A stretch of DNA of 64,000 bases from the NCBI GenBank assembly GCA_023666965.1, contig JAMPAZ010000001.1, positions 882,376 through 946,375 of the forward strand. The letters are read 5' to 3'. A model generated the notes under the pieces. That model was not told the origin of the DNA and did not search any database. It saw nothing but the letters and a program-made list of their open reading frames with translations. This document shows positions 10,211 through 19,922 of this stretch, piece by piece. Source of the DNA: Muribaculum sp. (GTDB lineage: Bacteria > Bacteroidota > Bacteroidia > Bacteroidales > Muribaculaceae). The stretch's first letter is position 1. Each line of letters opens with the position of its first letter. The translations under genes and the position numbers were made by a program.

Positions 10211-10404
10211 GACGGTGTGTCAAAATGCAATTATCGCATCTGAAAAAATTGGAAAGATTTAACAACTTATTAATCAACAATAAATCTTTGCGGATTTCGC
10301 ATATCTCTCCAATATAAAACCGGGCAAATCGGTCTAACGACCGTTTTACCCGGCTACACAAGTTAATCTTCTTTCAGAAGCAAATGATATTTTGACACAG
10401 CCTC
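10211..10404. mobile_element. MITE-like non-autonomous element with 16-bp terminal inverted repeats
   Basis: gacggtgtgtcaaaat (10211-10226) matches the reverse complement of attttgacacagcctc (10389-10404) at 14/16; two internal hairpins; no ORF. Confidence 0.55.
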
Positions 10405-10506
10405 CGATAATTTTATTTTAACACAGCTCCATGTAATTTTCGGGAGGTTCTGCACACCCTCTATTTGTGCCTTGACGCATCCTCTCGTTATGGGGTGCGG
10501 TTCTGT

Positions 10507-11613
10507 TTACAGAGTCAGGGTTTCGTAGGGGAGATTGAAGGCTTGTGCCACGCCCGGGAAGGTAATATGTCCGTCGACCATGTTGACGCCTTTGGCCAGA
10601 GCGGCATCGTCTTTACATGCTTGCTTCCAACCCTTGTTGGCCAGTGCGACTGCGTATGGCAGAGTGGCGTTTGTGAGGGCTAATGTCGAGGTGAACGGCA
10701 CTGCGCCGGGAATATTGGCAACTGCGTAGTGAAGGATGCCGTCGAGCATGTACGTTGGTTCGGCATGTGTGGTAGGGTGCGATGTCTCAAAGCAACCACC
10801 TTGGTCGATTGCGACATCGACCATTACAGTTCCGGGGCGCATTAATTTGAGCATTTCTTTAGTCACCAAGTGAGGCGCCTTAGCACCGGGGATGAGCACG
10901 GAACCCACGACGAGGTCGGCCGTGGGGAGCTCCATTTCAATGTTATGGGCCGAAGAATAGAGTGTCTTAACATTTTTAGGCATAACTTCGGCAAGATGTC
11001 TCAGCGTAGGGAGTGATATGTCGGTGATTGTGACGTCGGCACCAAGTCCGGCGGCCATTAGCGCCGCGTTGCGACCGACGATGCCCCCTCCTAAGATAAG
11101 GACTTTGGCGGGTTTCACGCCAGGAACGCCCCCGAGCAGCACGCCACGTCCTCCCTGAGGCTTTTCAAGGAAACGCGCACCTTCTTGAATGGACATTCGT
11201 CCGGCCACTTCGCTCATCGGTATGAGCAATGGAAGCGAACGGTCAGGAAGTTGAACTGTCTCGTAAGCAATGCATACAGCCTTGGCTTTCATCATGGCAT
11301 CTGTGAGAGCGCGGTCACACGCAAAGTGGAAATATGTGAACAGCACCTGGCCTTCGCGGATAAGAGGATATTCGGGAGCAATAGGCTCTTTAACCTTGAC
11401 AATCATTTCGGCCTTGGCGTAGACATCTTCAATAGTGGGAAGAATGGAGGCTCCGGCTGCGATATATTCGTCATCGGGAAATCCGCTTCCTTCGCCGGCC
11501 GTATGCTGTACGTAGACGGTATGGCCGTTCTTTACAAGTTCTTTTACTCCGGCGGGTGTGACGCCTACTCGGTTCTCATTGTTCTTAATTTCTTTAGGTA
11601 CTCCTACTATCAT
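10507..11613 (-). CDS. ald: Alanine dehydrogenase
   Basis: [36 protein letters not shown] and VANIPGAV motifs. Confidence 0.97.
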   Translation of the reverse strand: MIVGVPKEIKNNENRVGVTPAGVKELVKNGHTVYVQHTAGEGSGFPDDEYIAAGASILPTIEDVYAKAEMIVKVKEPIAPEYPLIREGQVLFTYFHFACDRALTDAMMKAKAVCIAYETVQLPDRSLPLLIPMSEVAGRMSIQEGARFLEKPQGGRGVLLGGVPGVKPAKVLILGGGIVGRNAALMAAGLGADVTITDISLPTLRHLAEVMPKNVKTLYSSAHNIEMELPTADLVVGSVLIPGAKAPHLVTKEMLKLMRPGTVMVDVAIDQGGCFETSHPTTHAEPTYMLDGILHYAVANIPGAVPFTSTLALTNATLPYAVALANKGWKQACKDDAALAKGVNMVDGHITFPGVAQAFNLPYETLTL

Positions 11614-11726
11614 AATATGGTGAATTTGGTTTTGCCAAATTTACGAATTATATAAGTTGATTGTACCTCGAAAATATATGTTGTAAAACATAGAATGCAT
11701 AAAAATTCAGCACAGACATTGCCGCT

Positions 11727-13070
11727 TTATATCGAGAAATGCAGACGAATGATTTCTGTGGTGGAGTCAGTGACTGGAAAGTGCCGGGATGTCCTTAACC
11801 CCACAATCCATAGAATCAGCCCGTTGCGGGTTAATATCCAGATTCGGCGTTTATCGTCGACAGAAAGCTTGGCATCGGAGAAGATGTCGCTGACCAATCG
11901 GGTACCTTTCATTCCGAACGGAGCTATGCGGTCGCCCTCATGCCAATGGCGCAGTTCAAATTCGGGATTGCCGTCGAGAACCGAGGAGTCAAGATACAAT
12001 GACATGCCGGATCTGTCGAAAGTCAACTTGTCACGGACGATGCGCGACACATTGATTCCCGGTTGTGCATATCCTTCTTTTGTCATGTCGAGGCTGAATG
12101 TCGAGGCTACGACAGCACCATTGCTCTGAACCGTAATGCGTAAAAGTCCTCGGTCAAGCGCAGCGGTGCATGAGTCAGATTTGAATACTTTTCCGGAGGC
12201 AGTTTGTCCCAAAGCGGCTGATACGATGTTAGAAGCCTGAGTGAAGTTAAATCCTTTCTCGCGAATCAGTTCAAACAGCAGGGTGGCCGGCTCTCGGGAT
12301 TCGGCGAGCAGCAGGTTGATGTCTACAATATTTCCTTGTCCGGAGACATATTTCTGACGTTGGCGTTCGATGAGTTCGCGATAAAGAGATTCGGTACGGG
12401 CAAGATTGTCCATGGTGGCAGATAACCCTTGTCCCGCATCTGGGAATTGCTCTTTGATTGCCGGCATGATTAAGTTGCGGATCCGGTTTCGTTTGACATC
12501 GTTGAGCAGATTAGAGCTGTCGGTCACGTAACTGATGCCTCGTTTGTTTAAATACAATTCGATTTCGCCGCGCGAGGCATCAAGCATTGGGCGTACAATT
12601 ATGCCGTTGACAAATTTCATCCCGGTCAGGCCGCTGATTCCCGTGCCTCGGAACAAGTTTAGAAACAAGGTCTCGACATTGTCTTCGCGATGATGTGCGA
12701 CAGCAACCGGAATATTTCCAAGCGACTCTGACAGCGAATGGAACCATCCATAGCGCAACTCACGGCAGGCCATCTCTACCGACACGGAATGGGTTCGTCG
12801 ATATTCGTCGACATCAAAGTGGATCTCTTCGTAGTCGGCGCCAAGCATTTCGGCGACTGTAGCGGCATGGATGCGATCGCGTTCGGATTCGTCGCCCCGG
12901 AGATGAAAATCGCAATGTGCCGCCGTGCACTCATATCCGAGTTCACACAATGCGCACAGAAGCGCGACCGAGTCGGCTCCGCCACTCAGAGCCACGATCA
13001 CTCTGTTTGTCCTCGACAACGGTTCGATCAGTGGGAGCGTCCTTCTTATCGTGCTTAGAAAATCACTCAT
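11727..13070 (-). CDS. tilS: tRNA(Ile)-lysidine synthetase
   Basis: SGGADS PP-loop, AHHREDNVET, RPML, DSSN and RNRIR motifs; C-terminal TilS_C region. Confidence 0.95.
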   Translation of the reverse strand: MSDFLSTIRRTLPLIEPLSRTNRVIVALSGGADSVALLCALCELGYECTAAHCDFHLRGDESERDRIHAATVAEMLGADYEEIHFDVDEYRRTHSVSVEMACRELRYGWFHSLSESLGNIPVAVAHHREDNVETLFLNLFRGTGISGLTGMKFVNGIIVRPMLDASRGEIELYLNKRGISYVTDSSNLLNDVKRNRIRNLIMPAIKEQFPDAGQGLSATMDNLARTESLYRELIERQRQKYVSGQGNIVDINLLLAESREPATLLFELIREKGFNFTQASNIVSAALGQTASGKVFKSDSCTAALDRGLLRITVQSNGAVVASTFSLDMTKEGYAQPGINVSRIVRDKLTFDRSGMSLYLDSSVLDGNPEFELRHWHEGDRIAPFGMKGTRLVSDIFSDAKLSVDDKRRIWILTRNGLILWIVGLRTSRHFPVTDSTTEIIRLHFSI

Positions 13071-13075
13071 AGGAG

Positions 13076-13083
13076 CAAAATTA
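13076..13083 (-). promoter_or_regulatory. -7 promoter element of tilS
   Basis: Minus strand TAATTTTG, 5 nt before the ATG at 13070. Confidence 0.5.
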
Positions 13084-13139
13084 GTGAAAGTTCGCGAAAA
13101 ATTTTGTACTTTTGTTCCATTAAAGTAATTGTGACTGCT

Positions 13140-14159
13140 ATGGTTGAAAAAATAAATTCCTTAAAAGCCGAAATAGCGCAGCTCACGGCATCGAATATTG
13201 CCGAGGTTGAAGCATTGCGTATCAAATATTTGAGCAAGAAAGGCCAGGTGTCGCTCCTGTTCAATGACTTCCGCACTCTGTCGCCGGAAGAAAAGCGTGC
13301 TTTAGGAGCACAACTAAACGAACTGAAAGACCTCGCCACGAATAAAATCAACGACTTGAAGGCATCGCTCGAAAACGTGGTAGCCGAAGAGGATGCTCTC
13401 GACATGTCGCGCACGGCTTCGCCCGTAAAGCTCGGTACCCGCCATCCGCTTTCGATTGTGCGCAATGAAATAGTGGGCATCTTTTCTCGTCTCGGCTTTT
13501 CCATTGCCGAAGGTCCGGAGATTGAAGATGATTGGCATGTGTTTTCATCGCTCAACTTTGCGGCAGACCATCCTGCCCGCGACATGCAGGACACATTCTT
13601 TATACAGCGCACTCCGGACGTGCTTCTGCGCACCCACACTTCGAGCGTTCAGTCGAGGGTCATGGAGAAGACTCAGCCGCCTATCCGAATAATATGCCCG
13701 GGACGCGTTTACCGTAATGAAGCCATTTCGGCGCGTGCCCATTGCTTCTTCCACCAAGTAGAAGCTCTATATGTCGATAAAAATGTGTCGTTTGCCGATT
13801 TGAAGCAGACATTGCTGTATTTTGCCCAAGAGATGTTCGGGCCGGAGACGAAGATCCGTCTTCGTCCGAGCTACTTCCCGTTTACAGAGCCATCGGCAGA
13901 GATGGACATCTCCTGCAACCTTTGTGGCGGCAAGGGATGCTCGTTCTGTAAGCATACAGGTTGGGTTGAGATTCTCGGATGCGGCATGGTGGACCCCAAT
14001 GTACTCGACGCTTGCGGCATCGACTCCAAAGTATATACCGGATTTGCATTGGGAATGGGCGTTGAGCGAATCACCAATCTAAAATATCAAGTGAAAGACT
14101 TAAGAATGTTCTCGGAAAACGATACCCGTTTCCTTGAAGAGTTCAAAGCAGCCCATTAA
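13140..14159 (+). CDS. pheS: Phenylalanine--tRNA ligase alpha subunit
   Basis: HPARDMQDTF, LRTHTS, FHQVE, RPSYFPFTEPS and GMGVER motifs. Confidence 0.98.
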   Translation: MVEKINSLKAEIAQLTASNIAEVEALRIKYLSKKGQVSLLFNDFRTLSPEEKRALGAQLNELKDLATNKINDLKASLENVVAEEDALDMSRTASPVKLGTRHPLSIVRNEIVGIFSRLGFSIAEGPEIEDDWHVFSSLNFAADHPARDMQDTFFIQRTPDVLLRTHTSSVQSRVMEKTQPPIRIICPGRVYRNEAISARAHCFFHQVEALYVDKNVSFADLKQTLLYFAQEMFGPETKIRLRPSYFPFTEPSAEMDISCNLCGGKGCSFCKHTGWVEILGCGMVDPNVLDACGIDSKVYTGFALGMGVERITNLKYQVKDLRMFSENDTRFLEEFKAAH

Positions 14160-14172
14160 CGGAAAATTCCTA

Positions 14173-14838
14173 ATGACCTATAAGGAGCGCTATAGACTCA
14201 CTTTGGAATGGTTCGAGCAGACTATGCCCGTGGCTGAAACCGAGTTGCATTATGACTCGCCTTTTCATCTGCTTGTGGCTGTCATATTGTCGGCACAATG
14301 TACGGACAAGCGTATCAATATGGTTACTCCACCTTTGTTCGAGGCTTATCCTACTCCTGAATCCATGGCTTCGGCACATCTTGAAGACATCTATGAGTTT
14401 ATCCGTTCGGTGTCGTATCCTAACAATAAGGCAAAGTCGCTTCTTGGCGCGGCCAAAATGCTCGTTGAAGAGTTTGGAGGGGAAGTGCCGTCTGACATAG
14501 ACACTCTGATGCGTCTGCCGGGCGTGGGGCGAAAAACGGCTAATGTCATGCTTGCGGTGGTATGGAATAAACCGACGATGGCGGTCGATACCCACGTGTT
14601 CCGTGTAAGCGAGCGGATTGGGTTGACCACCGGAAGCAAGAGTCCGTTGGCTACAGAAAAGCAACTGTGCAAATATATTCCGGAGGAATTGATTCCAAAG
14701 GCTCATCATTGGCTCATACTCCACGGCCGGTATGTCTGTAAAGCGCGAAAGCCCGACTGCCTTAACTGTGGATTGACAAAAGTCTGCCGGATGTATCGGC
14801 GTGAAAAGCAGGAATCAAAGTCCACTACCACCTTATAA
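14173..14838 (+). CDS. nth: Endonuclease III
   Basis: LSAQCTD, HhH LPGVGRKTA, VDTHV, and the 4Fe-4S motif C-x6-C-x2-C-x5-C. Confidence 0.95.
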   Translation: MTYKERYRLTLEWFEQTMPVAETELHYDSPFHLLVAVILSAQCTDKRINMVTPPLFEAYPTPESMASAHLEDIYEFIRSVSYPNNKAKSLLGAAKMLVEEFGGEVPSDIDTLMRLPGVGRKTANVMLAVVWNKPTMAVDTHVFRVSERIGLTTGSKSPLATEKQLCKYIPEELIPKAHHWLILHGRYVCKARKPDCLNCGLTKVCRMYRREKQESKSTTTL

Positions 14839-14848
14839 CTTAAATCCG

Positions 14849-15469
14849 ATGGATGTTGAAACGACGTTCTTGTTCCTTGTCGAAGTGATCGGCACGATTG
14901 CCGCCGCCATAAGTGGTATTCGTATGGCGGCATCGAAGCATTTCGACTGGTTTGGTGCATATTCTGTCGGATTGGTGACAGCAATCGGTGGCGGTACGCT
15001 GCGCGACGTATTATTGGGTATTCCTGTGTTTTGGATGCAGACGTGGTGGTATCTGGCGGTTACCGGGTTGTCGCTTCTGGTTGTCATATCGTTTCAGAAG
15101 CTTCTTGTCCACACTCGAATCTTGTTTATTTTTGACACTGTCGGTCTTGCGCTTTTCGTCGACATTGGTATCCAAAAGTCGCTTGCTGCGGGATATCCTA
15201 TATGGGTGGCTATAGTCATGGGTATTATAACAGGCGCGCTTGGAGGAGTGCTTCGCGACATAGCTTTGAATCAAGAGCCGCTTCTGTTCAAGAAAGATTT
15301 TTATGCCACGGCATGTCTCATAGGGGGCCTGGTGTATTGGATTGTGCTGCAGGCCGGCGGATCAGTTCCTGCTCAGTGTTTGATATGTGCCGCCACTGTG
15401 ATTATGATTCGCGTTTTGGCAGTGCGCTACGGATGGTCATTGCCTCACCTTAAAGATTCTGCAGAATAG
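14849..15469 (+). CDS. Trimeric intracellular cation channel / UPF0126 (YadS-like) membrane protein
   Basis: Duplicated motifs GGGTLRD and GGVLRD, plus DTVGLALF. Confidence 0.88.
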   Translation: MDVETTFLFLVEVIGTIAAAISGIRMAASKHFDWFGAYSVGLVTAIGGGTLRDVLLGIPVFWMQTWWYLAVTGLSLLVVISFQKLLVHTRILFIFDTVGLALFVDIGIQKSLAAGYPIWVAIVMGIITGALGGVLRDIALNQEPLLFKKDFYATACLIGGLVYWIVLQAGGSVPAQCLICAATVIMIRVLAVRYGWSLPHLKDSAE

Positions 15470-15491
15470 ATGACCCTTTAAAGATAAAGAT

Positions 15492-15950
15492 ATGAACACC
15501 CGACTACTCCGAAACAATGGCTTGATTCAGTTTGTTAAGTATGCCTGTGTGGGTGTGCTCAACACGTTAGTCACGTTATGCGTGATATTTGTGTGCAAGG
15601 CATTGTTGGGGGTCAATCCGTTGGTGTCGAATGCTATCGGTTATGTGGCCGGAGTTGTTAATTCGTTTTTGTGGAATAAAAACTGGGTTTTTAAGACTTC
15701 GGGACGTTATGCTCGTGAGGCCGTGACGTTCTTGGCCGGTTTCCTTCTTTGTTACGGACTCCAGCTGTTGACGGTTTGGTTGCTCAGCTATAAGACACCG
15801 CTCAAGGACTTTGAGATGTCGATATTTGCGTTTACGCTATCAGGCTACGGCCTTGCGACGCTGTTGGGCAATGTGGTCTACACATTGACAAATTATGTAT
15901 ATAATAAAATTGTGACTTTTCGGAGTAGTAAAGTTGCTGTTGTAGAATAA
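15492..15950 (+). CDS. GtrA family membrane protein
   Basis: FVKYACVGVLNT, SFLWNKNWVF and NYVYNKIVTF; four TM helices. Confidence 0.88.
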   Translation: MNTRLLRNNGLIQFVKYACVGVLNTLVTLCVIFVCKALLGVNPLVSNAIGYVAGVVNSFLWNKNWVFKTSGRYAREAVTFLAGFLLCYGLQLLTVWLLSYKTPLKDFEMSIFAFTLSGYGLATLLGNVVYTLTNYVYNKIVTFRSSKVAVVE

Positions 15951-15982
15951 ACTGTTGGATTTTAGTCTCTTATTGCCCCGTG

Positions 15983-16032
15983 TGTTACATGGGCAAAGAT
16001 TTTTGTTACATTTCAGGATTGGGATGTTACGT
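15983..16032 (+). promoter_or_regulatory. Three direct repeats TGTTAC(A/G)T at 21-bp period, probable activator binding site of the xylan operon
   Basis: tgttacat at 15983, tgttacat at 16004, tgttacgt at 16025; a -7 element TAAATTTG follows at 16084. Confidence 0.6.
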
Positions 16033-16083
16033 AGAGGTCGGTCATTGGTAACGCCACGATAGTGTATTTACGCCCGCGAGGGT

Positions 16084-16091
16084 TAAATTTG
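16084..16091 (+). promoter_or_regulatory. -7 promoter element of the xylan operon
   Basis: TAAATTTG, 29 nt before the ATG at 16121; no good TTTG -33 box. Confidence 0.55.
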
Positions 16092-16120
16092 CATATCGAA
16101 AGTTAACCGATGAATCGATT

Positions 16121-16765
16121 ATGAAATTCAGAATGCAAAAACTTACCGCGATGTTGATTGTCGTCATGTTCGCATGTTTGCCGTTGGCCTCTGCGTCAAG
16201 GGTGGAGTTGGTGAAGCACGGCACAGCGCATCAACTGACGGTTGACGGCAACCCTTTTATCATACTTGGCGGTGAACTGGGCAACAGCTCGGCATCGTGT
16301 CCTGAAGATATAGAACGGATTTTCCCTAAGCTCAAACGAATGAATCTCAATACCGTTCTTGTTCCGGTCTATTGGGATTTGATAGAGCCAAAAGAGGGGG
16401 AATTTGATTTTTCGCTTGTCGACAAGACGATAGATGAAGCTCGGCATAATGGATTGAAGGTGGTGTTTCTCTGGTTTGGCGTTTGGAAAAATTCGATGAG
16501 TTGCTATGCTCCTGAATGGTTTAAGACCGACTATGAAAAGTATCCTCGAGCTCGCACCAAGAGCGGTAAGCCATTGGAAATTGCAAGTGCATTTTCGGAG
16601 AATGTGTTTAATGCTGACTCTAAGGCGTTTGAGGCATGGCTAAGGCATGTTGATCAATACGACACGGACAATACTGTGTTGATGATACAGATTGAGAATG
16701 AAATCGGTATGCTTGAAGACGACGTGTTTGGTGCGGATGTTTATTGTATGAATATAAGTAATTAA
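16121..16765 (+). pseudogene. Truncated GH35-like / DUF5597 beta-galactosidase (N-terminal ~200 aa only)
   Basis: Signal peptide, GGELGNSS, NTVLVPVYWDLIEPKEGEFDF, LWFGVWKNSMSCYAPEW and QIENEIG, then an abrupt end. A typical C-terminus LYEYK* survives out of frame at 16744-16761. Confidence 0.75.
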
Positions 16766-16777
16766 GCGAACGAAAAT

Positions 16778-18466
16778 ATGGTAACCAATCATTTAAAAAC
16801 TATTATTTTGGCCCTCGGGGTTCTCGGCGCGGTGTCAAGTTCAGATGCCGCCGTCAAACTACCGTCGATACTGACCGACGGAATGGTTGTGCAGAGGGAC
16901 CAACCGGTAAAAATTTGGGGAAGTGCTGATCCGGGCGAGAAAGTTACGGTCAAAGTTTTACAAGGAAAGACTGTGTCGACGGAGGCTGACACCAACGGCG
17001 CGTGGGCAGTGGAATTGCCGGCGTTGAAAACCGGAGGCCCATACACGATTGTGGTTAACGACATTACTTTATCAGACGTATTGTCAGGCGACGTTTTTCT
17101 TTGTTCGGGTCAATCAAATATGGAGTTGCCGGTTAGTCGAGTGACCGACATGTTTCTCGATGAAATCAACAGCTATGTTAATCCTTCAATCCGTCAGGTG
17201 ATTGTTCCGAAGGAGGTTGAGTTTCACACACCACTGAACGACATGAAACGTGTACACTGGATTTCGGTGGATAGCGCGAATGTAATGCAATTTTCTGCAT
17301 TGGCATATTTCTTCGCAAAAGATTTGTACGAAAGAACCGGTGTCCCGGTCGGTATAATCAATTCGAGCTGGGGCGGAACTCCTGTGGAAGCCTGGATAAG
17401 TGAGTCATATTTGGCTCCGTATCCTCGCGCAATTAATGAAAAGAGAATTTATGAAGATGATGCTTACCGCGATCAGATAAAGGCTCTCGAACGTATAAAT
17501 TTTTATCGTTGGGACAATACTCTTTGGCAGTCTGATCCGGGGATGCACGGCGATGTAAAGTGGTTTGATAAGGAATTTGATGATTCTTCGTGGGACTCGG
17601 TCGATTTAATTTCCGGAGAAAGTACAACCGACGGACTTGTGACCGGCGATGATCTCCATTGCGTATGGAAAGGCTCGAAGTGGGCTACCGACGGGTATAA
17701 ACCGGTCAATGGCTCGCATTGGTTGCGCAAGAACGTTATTTTGTCGTCGGAATCAGCGGGCAAGGAGGCCGTGCTCAGATTAGGATGCATTGTCGATGCC
17801 GATTCAGTCTATGTCAACGGAAATTTTGTAGGAACCACCTCCTACATGTATCCCCCTCGTATATACAAAGTGCCCGCCGGAGTACTTCAGGCAGGTGACA
17901 ATAACATTACTGTCAGACTTATCAGTAAAAACGGTGAAGCGCATTTTGTTCCGGAAAAGCCTTATAAGCTAATCGTCGATGGAAAGGACTATTCGCTTGA
18001 GGGAGTTTGGCGATATCATCTCGGTAGCCCTATGCCGTCTTCTCCCGGCATGGAATTTTATTGCTATAAGCCAACAGCACTGTACAATTCGATGATCAGT
18101 CCGCTGGTAAACCTCCCATTGGCCGGGGTGGTATGGTATCAAGGCGAGTCGAATGTTTCGCGACGAAACGAGTACCCGATGCTTCTGGAAACTATGATTG
18201 AGAACTGGCGTGATGCATTCTCTGATGCCGGTTTACCTTTCTATATTGTAGAGCTTGCCGATTTTCTTCATCCTTCGGACACTTACGGACGCGGCACATG
18301 GGCGGAAATGCGAAAATTTCAGGCTCAGGTGGCCGATGAAACTCCCGGGGTGACGTTGATCAAAAACAGCGATTTAGGTGAATGGAACGATATACATCCT
18401 CTCGACAAGAAGACGCTCGGGCACCGAGTGGCTGATGCCGTCATTAAAAACTCCAATAAAAAATAA
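16778..18466 (+). CDS. Sialate O-acetylesterase-like SGNH esterase (probable xylan acetylesterase, CE20-like)
   Basis: Signal peptide; SGQSNME, WGGT, WYQGESN and DIHP motifs; inserted beta-sandwich domain; xylan operon context. Confidence 0.85.
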   Translation: MVTNHLKTIILALGVLGAVSSSDAAVKLPSILTDGMVVQRDQPVKIWGSADPGEKVTVKVLQGKTVSTEADTNGAWAVELPALKTGGPYTIVVNDITLSDVLSGDVFLCSGQSNMELPVSRVTDMFLDEINSYVNPSIRQVIVPKEVEFHTPLNDMKRVHWISVDSANVMQFSALAYFFAKDLYERTGVPVGIINSSWGGTPVEAWISESYLAPYPRAINEKRIYEDDAYRDQIKALERINFYRWDNTLWQSDPGMHGDVKWFDKEFDDSSWDSVDLISGESTTDGLVTGDDLHCVWKGSKWATDGYKPVNGSHWLRKNVILSSESAGKEAVLRLGCIVDADSVYVNGNFVGTTSYMYPPRIYKVPAGVLQAGDNNITVRLISKNGEAHFVPEKPYKLIVDGKDYSLEGVWRYHLGSPMPSSPGMEFYCYKPTALYNSMISPLVNLPLAGVVWYQGESNVSRRNEYPMLLETMIENWRDAFSDAGLPFYIVELADFLHPSDTYGRGTWAEMRKFQAQVADETPGVTLIKNSDLGEWNDIHPLDKKTLGHRVADAVIKNSNKK

Positions 18467-18474
18467 ATTATAAT

Positions 18475-19899
18475 ATGGAAGCAGTAAACGCAATGCCGGC
18501 CGATGTGGCGGGCGAACGCAACGGATTTTACAAGTTAAGTTGGATTCAGCGTATAGGATTCGGCTCCGGAGACTTGGCTCAGAATCTGATTTACCAGACG
18601 ATCAGCATGTACTTGCTGTTCTTTTATACAAATGTTTATGGGCTCGATCCGAGCGTGGCCGCCATAATGTTTCTAATCGTCAGGATTGTTGATGTGATTT
18701 GGGATCCATTGGTGGGAACTTTTGTCGACAAGCATAATCCTCGGATGGGTAAGTATCGCTCATATCTTGTGTTGGGGGGTATACCATTGACCGGGTTCGC
18801 TCTTCTTTGCTTTTGGAATGGCTTTTCCGGATCGCTTCTTTATGCATATATAACCTACGTGGGGCTTTCAATGTGCTATACTTTGGTTAATGTGCCGTAT
18901 GGTGCACTCAACGCATCGCTGAGCCGCGACACGGATGAGATAACTATTCTGACATCGGTGCGCATGTTCATGGCCAATGTCGGAGGTCTCGCTGTCGGTA
19001 TGGGTATCCCTATTGTAGTGAAGTTGTTCGATCCGTCGGAGACTTCCGATTTGTCGTCGAGCGACAGTGCATGGTTTTCTACCATGACCATCTATGGCCT
19101 TGTGGGTCTTGCTTTGTTGATTTTCTGCTTTACTCAGACCAAGGAGCGGGTCGTCATGGACAGTAAGGAGACTGAAAATGTTAAAGTCAGCGACTTATGG
19201 CTCGAATTTGTGCGTAACAGACCGTTGCGTATCTTAGCTTTCTTCTTTGTAACCGCATTTGCAATGATGGCGATAAGCAATTCGGCCGGTGCCTACTATA
19301 TTAACTATAATCTTCACGGTTCGGCCGGAGAACTGTCTATCTTCATGGGGCTTGGCTCAATACCCGCATTCATATTCATGCCTATGATTCCGTATATCAA
19401 GCGTGCTGTAGGGAAAAAGGGTATGTTCTACATATTCTTGTTGACGGCTATAATCGGAATGGGAATGCTCTACTGTATTTCTATGGTTGATGCATTGAAG
19501 ACCCAGATGTGGCTTGTGTATGTGGCTCAATTTGTCAAGTCGACCGGAGTTATCGTGGCCACGGGCTACATGTGGGCATTGGTTCCGGAGGTAATATCTT
19601 ACGGTGAATACACCCACGGCAAGCGCATATCAGGTATAGTCAACGCTTTGACCGGGATATTTTATAAAGCCGGAATGGCGATGGGAGGTGTCGTCCCGGG
19701 ACTTGTGCTCGGCTTTGTGGATTTCAATGCGGAACTTTCGTCGCAATCGGCGTTTGCAGAGCAGGGCATATTGTGGCTCGTGGCCGTTATTCCTGCCATC
19801 TTGTTGTTGGTCGCCATGCTGATTATTTCCAGATATGAGCTTGACGACAACCGCATTGACGAAATTAATCGGGCGATTGAAGAACGAAACAATAAATGA
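18475..19899 (+). CDS. MFS glycoside-pentoside-hexuronide transporter (probable xylo-oligosaccharide importer)
   Basis: GFGSGDLAQN, DVIWDPLVG...D, GKYRSY and NVPYGAL motifs; about 12 TM helices. Confidence 0.9.
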   Translation: MEAVNAMPADVAGERNGFYKLSWIQRIGFGSGDLAQNLIYQTISMYLLFFYTNVYGLDPSVAAIMFLIVRIVDVIWDPLVGTFVDKHNPRMGKYRSYLVLGGIPLTGFALLCFWNGFSGSLLYAYITYVGLSMCYTLVNVPYGALNASLSRDTDEITILTSVRMFMANVGGLAVGMGIPIVVKLFDPSETSDLSSSDSAWFSTMTIYGLVGLALLIFCFTQTKERVVMDSKETENVKVSDLWLEFVRNRPLRILAFFFVTAFAMMAISNSAGAYYINYNLHGSAGELSIFMGLGSIPAFIFMPMIPYIKRAVGKKGMFYIFLLTAIIGMGMLYCISMVDALKTQMWLVYVAQFVKSTGVIVATGYMWALVPEVISYGEYTHGKRISGIVNALTGIFYKAGMAMGGVVPGLVLGFVDFNAELSSQSAFAEQGILWLVAVIPAILLLVAMLIISRYELDDNRIDEINRAIEERNNK

Positions 19900-19922
19900 A
19901 CAAATATAAATATTTAGGAATA

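Noticed and set aside
15983-16032. Regularly spaced repeats as a possible mini-CRISPR
   Set aside because: 8-bp repeats with 13-bp spacers are far too short and no cas genes are present; treated as an operator instead.
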